Shown here piece after piece: positions 57,853 to 64,000 of a DNA stretch of 64,000 bases. Both the position numbers and the translations under genes were made by a program. The DNA is from Oscillospiraceae bacterium (GTDB taxonomy: Bacteria; Bacillota; Clostridia; Oscillospirales; Acutalibacteraceae). Position 1 is the stretch's first letter. Each line of letters begins with the position of its first letter. The stretch covers positions 9,475-73,474 of the forward strand of contig CADARP010000012.1 of assembly GCA_902790325.1 (NCBI GenBank). The letters run 5' to 3'. Under the pieces are notes generated by a model. It was not told where the DNA came from. It made no database searches and saw nothing but the letters and a program-made list of their open reading frames with translations.

Positions 57853-59872
57853 CGCCTTTACCAATCCCTTCAATTTGTTCTTCGTTATCAGAGAGTGCAA
57901 TATCTCGAATAGATGCTGCTCTTTCATCGTAAAGACTTTGGACTTCATTGGAGTATTCATCCGGAGTGAAAAGCATAATAATCTGCTTATACCTCGAAAC
58001 CTTTAAGAGTTCCGCAGCCATGTTTGCGCGATTTGAATCGGAAACCCTTCCCAATGGTGAGTCGACAACAAGGGGACAGTTTTTGCCTGATGCATCATGA
58101 ATTGCGAGAGTAAAAGAATATGCCAATGCCATGTATTCTGTAGCACTCAAGGAACCAGTCATCTGATTACCTTGCATATTATATACAGTTAATTCATATT
58201 TGTCGTTGATGTCGATTTTTCCAAAGGTATTCTTTTTCCAAATCATGGCGTTGAAACGTTCCCAAGTCTGACGCTGAATGTCCTCTTTGATCTCATCCAT
58301 AATGGCTTTTTCGACAGCGTCGTACTGTGAATTCAGAGTTCTAAAGGCGACCACTTCCCTCGACAACAGATCTTTCCTTTGCCTCTTTTCCTCAATTTTA
58401 CCTCTCTCCGCTATTTTTGTGGCTAAAGTTTCAGAGAGCCTTTTAATATCACTTTGGTTCAATGCCAGACGTTGTTGCAAAGATACAAGCTCATCGTTTG
58501 CATTTTTGCGTTCTGATTCTATTTTTCGTACGTCAATTCCGCCACTTTCGTCAGAGTATCGAGCTAAAAAAGCGCTTATATCATCGAGAGCCTTTTGTGT
58601 TTCTGCGATGGTTTCGGTATAATAATTATCTCGTTTCACCAGCTTTTTATATTCAGATGGGAACTCTTTGCAGCGGGCGATAATTGTTTCAAGGCCCCCT
58701 TTAATCTCCATCAGAAAATTTGATGTCGCTGAAGAAACATCCAACTCATCTAATAGCTTTTGCAAGTGCTGAATGGCCTTTTCATCAAGTGCGCCGTTGC
58801 AGATAGGACAGAATTTTGCATGATCAGATAGCAGAGATTGAATCTGCTCTTTATCGATATTGGGTGGTAATGTGCCTGCATTTTGCTTTTCGTGAATTAG
58901 GTCTAATGCAAACTTCACGCGCGGATAAAAACTTAGAAGCGTCCAGTATGTAGTAATAAATGCGTTTTTCTCCGCAATAAAGCTTTCATAATCGCTTTGG
59001 AGTTCTTTTAGCTCTTTACTCAAGGCTAACCGTTTTCCGATGTTTAGCCTAATAGGTGCGTATCCTTGCAAAGTTGCGTCTGCATCTGCAATTATACGTC
59101 GTAGTTCAGGCAACCGAGCTTCAATCTCGCTGTTTTGTGCCTTAAGATCGGATATTTTTCCTTCAAGAATGCGGATTTCGTCTGCTAAATCCGGAGCGCT
59201 TTCCTTCCCCAGTTTGGTAGCTTGCCGATACTTTTCATCGGCCATTGTACGCACATGATTGCTGGCGTTCCTCAAAAGCGTAACTTGCGAAATGTTGAAA
59301 ATTGAAGACTTTATCTTTTCGGACTTTTCGCTTGTAAAGTAGCTTTTTAGGTTTTCACCATCAAAGAAGTAGTAGTCATAAATTGCCTCATCGAAGTATT
59401 GCTTAACGATACTTTGAACTTCAGCTTCATCTTCGATAACAACAGAGTTCGCAGCGCTGTCGGTTGGGGTCTTGATTACCTTCAACTTTGACTGCCCTGG
59501 TCGTGCGCTTTTTGCATTGGTCAGGGGACTTTCAATCACGAAGAAAGATTGAGTGCGTTCAAATACTATGATTTCCCCGTCATTGTTCAAGGTCAAGCGG
59601 GCAGTAACGCTAAGCGAGTCTTTTGGATTTGAGCGCTGAACGAGTGCACTGTTAACTATAGGAAGCGCTTTATCTTTGTCACTCAGATAATGCTCTGACG
59701 CATAAAGACACCAGAGAATGCCATTTAGAAAAGTTGTTTTTCCCGTTCCGTTTTTTGCGCGAAGAATGTGCAAATCACAGTCCTCTCCACTTTGGAAGGA
59801 CACATTAACAGACCTGTACTGGCGATAGTTTTCAAATTCAACTTTAGTTATTCTGATCATCACTATCACCAT
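57845..59872 (-). CDS. SMC/Rad50-like ABC ATPase of the DndD type
   Basis: N-terminal IRITKVEFENYRQY, Walker A AKNGTGKTTFLNGILWCLY and FFDGE. A long coiled-coil middle contains CPICNG (hook-like CxxC, residues 355-358). LSATEYMALAYSF is the ABC signature. Walker B/D-loop PLVVDSPLGRVSDSNR is followed by QIIMLFTPDE. The alternative start ATG 59860 gives MIRITKV. Confidence 0.75.
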   Translation of the reverse strand: MVIVMIRITKVEFENYRQYRSVNVSFQSGEDCDLHILRAKNGTGKTTFLNGILWCLYASEHYLSDKDKALPIVNSALVQRSNPKDSLSVTARLTLNNDGEIIVFERTQSFFVIESPLTNAKSARPGQSKLKVIKTPTDSAANSVVIEDEAEVQSIVKQYFDEAIYDYYFFDGENLKSYFTSEKSEKIKSSIFNISQVTLLRNASNHVRTMADEKYRQATKLGKESAPDLADEIRILEGKISDLKAQNSEIEARLPELRRIIADADATLQGYAPIRLNIGKRLALSKELKELQSDYESFIAEKNAFITTYWTLLSFYPRVKFALDLIHEKQNAGTLPPNIDKEQIQSLLSDHAKFCPICNGALDEKAIQHLQKLLDELDVSSATSNFLMEIKGGLETIIARCKEFPSEYKKLVKRDNYYTETIAETQKALDDISAFLARYSDESGGIDVRKIESERKNANDELVSLQQRLALNQSDIKRLSETLATKIAERGKIEEKRQRKDLLSREVVAFRTLNSQYDAVEKAIMDEIKEDIQRQTWERFNAMIWKKNTFGKIDINDKYELTVYNMQGNQMTGSLSATEYMALAYSFTLAIHDASGKNCPLVVDSPLGRVSDSNRANMAAELLKVSRYKQIIMLFTPDEYSNEVQSLYDERAASIRDIALSDNEEQIEGIGKGDA

Positions 59873-60032
59873 CCATTTCCTTTAGGTAATCAATAACCAG
59901 CCGCTCATATGTTTCCTTGAACCTATGATTCCCCTTATCCTCTTCTTCAAGAATGGCGAGCATAAGCATTTTTAGATCTTCCGGCACATCGAGCGCAACA
60001 ATTTTTTCAAATATCTTCTCACTGATAGGCAT
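59844..60032 (-). CDS. Small acidic protein (62 aa), unknown function
   Basis: The ORF overlaps the helicase stop by 14 nt and the ATPase start by 17-29 nt, so it fills the junction exactly. The C-terminus is DGDSDDQNN. No family recognised. Confidence 0.45.
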   Translation of the reverse strand: MPISEKIFEKIVALDVPEDLKMLMLAILEEEDKGNHRFKETYERLVIDYLKEMDGDSDDQNN

Positions 60033-62106
60033 CTTCGCTTACCCCGTTTCTTTTAAAGATTTCAATCACTTCATCTCGGTTTATTGCGTTATCTGCGATT
60101 TGCATTGCGCGACGGAATTCTTTTTGGAGGATCCTAATATCTATTTCACTACCACTGGACGGGCTGACAATTAAATCATAGATGTGAGAAAAGGATTTTC
60201 CTTTGCATGGCCTAATAACCCTACCAACTCTTTGGACGAATTCTCGTGGATTTGTGCTGCTTGCCATCAAAATTGCAATTCTTGCTGTGGTAATATCGAT
60301 TCCTTCGTCCAAACATTTGATTCCTATCAGAACTTGCACACGCCCATTTCTAAACTGATCAATGGCTTCTTGCCGCTCTGTATTGCCATGGACGCCTACT
60401 TTTTTCGAGGCCGATATTTCTTCAGTGATTTTGCAACGTGATATTTCGTGACTACTGAGCATATTCAGTAGAGGGGACACCTGTTTATCTGTTGCAAAAA
60501 TAATTGTGTCTTTGATGCGAGACTCATTATTGAGCTGTAAAACAATCTCTTCAACAGACGCGAGTTTCATTTCTGCATTCTTTAAGATATTAGCTCTTCG
60601 AATCAGGAGCATGTTCAAACGCTCAACGTCAACTTCTTCCGCAGAAGAAACAACGGCAATCTCACGGCTCAACTTCGAATAGTCTCTACACTCTGATTCT
60701 GACAGTTCAACAAAAACAGGATGATAATAGAACGGATTAAGAAACGGCTTTCCGGTTAAAGGATTAATTGTTCCCAACGCGTCTTTAATTGTGAATTCAA
60801 ATGATTGATTGCCGAAATACTCCCGAATAATACTGGTTCCATATTCATCAAACATGCGTTCCGGTGTTGCACTTAATCCAACACGATAGCGGTATATATC
60901 TAATAATGCCTGTTTCTGATGATCTGAGCCAATAGCATGAACTTCGTCGCAGATAAACATAATTTCCGCTTTGCCATGATTCTTGCTGATGATTTCAATA
61001 AAAGCGTTGCTCGAAACCGTATTATGCGTTGTGTATACTATCGCATTTTTATAACGATCTGCGTTAAGATCTAATAAGCATATTTCAAGATCCTTTTTCC
61101 ACCTGGGATTACTCCCGTCGATAATACGCGAACGATCACTTTCAATACCAAGTGATTCGATATCCGTTTGCCACTGCCGTGACAAGGTGTTTTGCGGAGT
61201 CGCAATAATCACGAGAAGCCTCTTGGTATGCGAAAGAAGAGTCAGCATGCATCCAATTGCTGTCCTCGTTTTTCCTGTTCCAGTTGCCATCTCCATGAGG
61301 AGACTACGGTCGTTTTCAAGCCATTTATTCACAGCCTTTTGCTGATGGCTAAATAGCGAAATCTCATTTACTTTTTCTTTTTGTCTATCCCTGTATTTTT
61401 TCATTATTGAGAGATCGCTCACATTGCGTGGCGCCACCTCAATAATCTTGTGTGTTATTGACTCAGGAATGGTATATACAGCTGCAACATCGTCCCTTTC
61501 GCCATTCCAAAACTCATTAAATTTTTTTAAATCAGCAAGCAAATACTCTCTTTGACCAGGTTCCCATGATTTGAACGTTTTGAATTCCTCAATGTTACTT
61601 AACCATGCTTGCGCAGACTCATTGATCGACCCACTGAAAGATATCATGTCTCCATTAGAATCGTAACCAATACCAATCTTTTGGTGGAATAAACTATCTG
61701 ACGAATGTCGGTCAACGACGATTTTAATATCGAGTTTTTTATTTGCCAGTAACCAAGCGAGGGCTTGTAAGTTGTCCAATTGTTTAAATGCTTCTATATC
61801 GAACTGCTGAAAAAAAGAAAGCGCTTCAGGTGCGACATTCGATTGGGATTCTCTTAGAACGCGTGCGTCCTGCTCCGATAACCGTGGAGAAATCAGTAGA
61901 CGCATAAACCCGCCATTTCGTATTAACCCTTCTATCCCTTTTGAAGCGACGGCAAGACTGCTGCTGCTAAAGAATCCTGCAATCCGGAAATATTGCTTCG
62001 TCTGCTCAAGCATCGGAATGTAAAAAGCGTCAAGAAGCTGAGAACGATCGCTGGATGTTTCATAGCTGATTTTTATATCCAGATTTCTGTAACCCATCAT
62101 TGCCAC
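60019..62106 (-). CDS. PLD-family (HKD) nuclease domain fused to an SF2 DEAH-box helicase (ResIII plus Helicase_C)
   Basis: The HKD motif FHQKIGIGYDSNGDMISFSGSINES is at residues 140-164 (nt about 61621-61686). Helicase motif I MATGTGKT (274-281), motif II ICDEVH (385-390), motif III GLSATPER, motif VI QRVGRVIRP. An in-frame ATG at 62100 forms an ATGA overlap with the upstream stop and may be the true start. Confidence 0.85.
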   Translation of the reverse strand: MAMMGYRNLDIKISYETSSDRSQLLDAFYIPMLEQTKQYFRIAGFFSSSSLAVASKGIEGLIRNGGFMRLLISPRLSEQDARVLRESQSNVAPEALSFFQQFDIEAFKQLDNLQALAWLLANKKLDIKIVVDRHSSDSLFHQKIGIGYDSNGDMISFSGSINESAQAWLSNIEEFKTFKSWEPGQREYLLADLKKFNEFWNGERDDVAAVYTIPESITHKIIEVAPRNVSDLSIMKKYRDRQKEKVNEISLFSHQQKAVNKWLENDRSLLMEMATGTGKTRTAIGCMLTLLSHTKRLLVIIATPQNTLSRQWQTDIESLGIESDRSRIIDGSNPRWKKDLEICLLDLNADRYKNAIVYTTHNTVSSNAFIEIISKNHGKAEIMFICDEVHAIGSDHQKQALLDIYRYRVGLSATPERMFDEYGTSIIREYFGNQSFEFTIKDALGTINPLTGKPFLNPFYYHPVFVELSESECRDYSKLSREIAVVSSAEEVDVERLNMLLIRRANILKNAEMKLASVEEIVLQLNNESRIKDTIIFATDKQVSPLLNMLSSHEISRCKITEEISASKKVGVHGNTERQEAIDQFRNGRVQVLIGIKCLDEGIDITTARIAILMASSTNPREFVQRVGRVIRPCKGKSFSHIYDLIVSPSSGSEIDIRILQKEFRRAMQIADNAINRDEVIEIFKRNGVSEDAYQ

Positions 62107-62792
62107 CTTATTTGATCTTTAAGCGGAAGATCCTCAAGTATTAGGTTCATAATAATCTCATTATTATGTTTCCTTCTAATAATCGTTTGCCCAGAAAGTG
62201 CAACTGATACAGTATCAATATAAGACGCATATCCGTTCGTCTTTGCTTCGTAGATTAGTGTTTTAATCAATGGATTTCTTACCGCTAACCGTTTGATTAG
62301 TTCGTGCTTTTCCTCGACAGATAGCATTGTAGACACACTGCCTAATGAAGATATTCGCACCATATTACATTTTCGATCTGGCTCTCGTCCAATAAGAACA
62401 AGAGTGAGCATCGCGGCAGTTTTGGCATGGTTTTCTCCGTATTTGATACATGCATACTGCTGTGATGCGTGTGTTAGCCTTTGACCGGCCTCTTCGTAAG
62501 AAAGCCGATTTTCTTCAAATTCCAAAATGGTGCACAACGTGTCTGTCGCATCATCGAGTTTGCTGTATTGGAAAATATCTTTTGGCGATAACGGATAAGG
62601 ATGGTTGATGGCGTCGAGTAACCTTAAAATAGGAATTGAAAGCAATAACCTTATTGCCTCAACAACATCATCGTTATCACCCACGGTTAGTGTTTCTAAA
62701 GATTCTGGTGAATAGTCGAGATACTGTTGTAAAAAAACATTTTCTTTTTCCGTGTTTCCTGTCGCCAAAAGCCAATCCCTATAAAAGCTCAT
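62097..62792 (-). CDS. Hypothetical protein (231 aa), no recognisable family
   Basis: The ORF is tightly packed between the radical SAM and PLD-helicase genes (19-nt gap upstream, overlapping stop/start downstream). The AT-rich codon usage matches its neighbours. Confidence 0.6.
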   Translation of the reverse strand: MSFYRDWLLATGNTEKENVFLQQYLDYSPESLETLTVGDNDDVVEAIRLLLSIPILRLLDAINHPYPLSPKDIFQYSKLDDATDTLCTILEFEENRLSYEEAGQRLTHASQQYACIKYGENHAKTAAMLTLVLIGREPDRKCNMVRISSLGSVSTMLSVEEKHELIKRLAVRNPLIKTLIYEAKTNGYASYIDTVSVALSGQTIIRRKHNNEIIMNLILEDLPLKDQIRWQ

Positions 62793-62811
62793 AGTCCTTG
62801 CCTCGGTATCT

Positions 62812-63987
62812 TTAATCTTTCATATGAAGATCCTGATAATCTTCATATCGCAAATCAAAGTATCTTTCTGCGATTTCTGGGTGCTTTGCCTCAAAATCAA
62901 GCATTGCTTTATATGATGAGCACAGTGTCCCCTCGGTTTTGTGAAGTTTCTGATTTTCTTCGCAAAAACGTCTGAAGCTCATTTTTTTATATATGCTCGG
63001 CTGGTTGCCCCAACGTGCAATGGCAATATACATACCGGCGTATTCGGACTCTTTCCATGGCTTATAGTTTTTGTCTTGATAACGCATGATATAAGGGAGA
63101 CACTGATAATGCATTAACAATTCCAGCCGCTTGAAACAGTTTTCAATGTCAATCGCATCCGTTCCTTCAAAACCAACAAGAACATAAAACTTGATATTCC
63201 GTGCTTTGGAGTATCTTCTGATCATCTCAAGTTTTTGCTTGATCAGTTCATAATCTGCGATATTATCAAATGCGAAAGTATAGTCTCCGTCGTATTTTGC
63301 CGCAAACAGTATTTTACATTTTTCATCTGTTAAAAGTCTCTCGTCGAGCCCTTGCTTGAATTTAAATGGGTACCCAGTATTGATTAACTGCTGAAGTAGT
63401 TCCCTCCAGTTTGGATAGCCGAGAAAATTGTCATCCAATAAGCAAATTGCCCTGCGGTTTCTGTCAAAAAACTCATCAAGGGGACTACTTGGGAAAACAT
63501 GGTCGTATTTTTTGTTTACGCAGAACTCACATTTCCGAAAACATCCGCGAGTTAAGAATCCTATACTATAGTCCGTATACTCTTTGAACTTAACCAGGAA
63601 AGCCTTTCTGTTAAAGGACTCGCCCCTCTCTTGTTCTGCTTTTCTTACTTCACTTTCAATCCATTCATCATACAGAGTATAATCAGGCATGTGGTGTTCG
63701 ATTCTCGGATCGAGGTTGGGTGCTTTGTCAAAAAAGAATCCCGTCCCTCCATAGCTCACTTTATCCCTATCCTCCATATAGTGCTGTATCCATTCAGGAA
63801 CGGGGGTATCTGTAAACACCTTTGAAATATAAATATGATCGTATTCGTGTATATCCACTTGTTGTAAAATTAATGTAACTTCAGCACCTTGCTCCTTCCA
63901 GTATCCAGATATCTTCTCACATATGAGGTTTGGAAAACGGTGCTTTTTTCTGCCTATTAAATCGGCGTCTATGATTCCTATTTTCAT
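62812..63987 (-). CDS. Radical SAM enzyme with an N-terminal roughly 140-aa Rossmann/B12-binding-like domain
   Basis: The canonical 4Fe-4S/SAM motif GFLTRGCFRKCEFCV (C149-x3-C153-x2-C156; nt 63520-63543) follows the N-terminal domain MKIGIIDADL.... The ATG at 63987 has GGGAAGTGA upstream. Only 13 nt of upstream sequence are in the window. Confidence 0.8.
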   Translation of the reverse strand: MKIGIIDADLIGRKKHRFPNLICEKISGYWKEQGAEVTLILQQVDIHEYDHIYISKVFTDTPVPEWIQHYMEDRDKVSYGGTGFFFDKAPNLDPRIEHHMPDYTLYDEWIESEVRKAEQERGESFNRKAFLVKFKEYTDYSIGFLTRGCFRKCEFCVNKKYDHVFPSSPLDEFFDRNRRAICLLDDNFLGYPNWRELLQQLINTGYPFKFKQGLDERLLTDEKCKILFAAKYDGDYTFAFDNIADYELIKQKLEMIRRYSKARNIKFYVLVGFEGTDAIDIENCFKRLELLMHYQCLPYIMRYQDKNYKPWKESEYAGMYIAIARWGNQPSIYKKMSFRRFCEENQKLHKTEGTLCSSYKAMLDFEAKHPEIAERYFDLRYEDYQDLHMKD

Positions 63988-64000
63988 CTGGTCACTTCCC

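Larger units (their letters stand above)
53373..64000. mobile_element. Integrated mobile/genomic island (partial; the right end is beyond the window) adjacent to tRNA-Arg(UCU), carrying two large serine recombinases and a defence-like cargo operon
   Basis: Abrupt visible drop in G+C right after the tRNA terminator, recombinase genes, loss of housekeeping content, and very AT-rich cargo from about 57.0 kb onward. Confidence 0.75.

Noticed and set aside
57853-57960. The longer version of the DndE-position ORF, starting at 57960 or 57927.
   Set aside because: That version would overlap the ATPase C-terminus by 80-116 nt. The ATG at 57852 gives a classic start-in-stop overlap and a DndE-like size. 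The longer form cannot be excluded without orthologue alignment.
57115-59872. The ATPase plus mini-HNH ORF as a Septu (PtuA/PtuB) system, or the ATPase as Lamassu LmuB or Gabija GajA.
   Set aside because: The HNH-like ORF is only 68 aa and is separated from the ATPase by another gene. The ATPase C-terminal block (DSPLGRVSDSNR...) and FFDGE motif look DndD-like rather than LmuB (DUF3732) or OLD-family. No LmuA/GajB-type partner is present. This needs HMM confirmation.
62812-63987. The radical SAM gene as a prokaryotic viperin (pVip) or as QueE of a Dpd 7-deazaguanine system.
   Set aside because: pVips and QueE are shorter and carry the Cys triad near the N-terminus. Here the triad is at residues 149-156, after a large N-terminal domain. 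No TGT-like DpdA or QueC/D genes, and no nucleotide-kinase partner, are present in the visible operon.

Overview
This is a high-G+C Clostridia-type chromosome segment (Oscillospirales-like by gene content and synteny; that assignment is inference). From 1 to about 53.1 kb it carries ordinary core genes. These include a 5'-truncated giant GLUG/PMP-repeat surface protein with a C-terminal dockerin, and a glycan-utilisation cluster (GH43, GH38, GH51, GT2). The rest is housekeeping: glyQS, miaB, mutS-mutL-miaA, yggS-sepF-divIVA-lspA-rluD, split transketolase, pit/DUF47, der, ruvCAB, glmM, ecfA1-ecfA2-ecfT-truA, pgsA and a ClpC-like ATPase. The many long antisense ORFs in the track are high-G+C shadow frames. 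The core region ends at a promoter-driven tRNA-Gly(UCC)/tRNA-Arg(UCU) pair (53172..53326) with a strong terminator. Immediately downstream the composition visibly drops and an integrated element begins, which runs off the right edge of the window. It starts with a phased TTGCA/GGTTGCAGGGG repeat array, followed by an HTH plus zinc-ribbon regulator, a small SHOCT-like protein and two tandem, overlapping large serine recombinases (54213..57021). Next comes a much more AT-rich, tightly coupled minus-strand operon (57421..63987, with a detached mini-ORF at 57115..57321). In transcription order it encodes a radical SAM enzyme (CxxxCxxC at residues 149-156), an unknown 231-aa protein and a PLD(HKD)-nuclease/SF2 DEAH-helicase fusion. 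These are followed by a 62-aa acidic protein, a DndD-like SMC/ABC ATPase and a DndE-sized protein. This operon is the main finding. It looks like a Dnd-like DNA modification/restriction defence system in which no DndA or DndC gene is visible and a radical SAM enzyme is present instead. I do not recognise this gene combination as a named defence system. Its upstream end lies outside the window, so the true gene content is unresolved.
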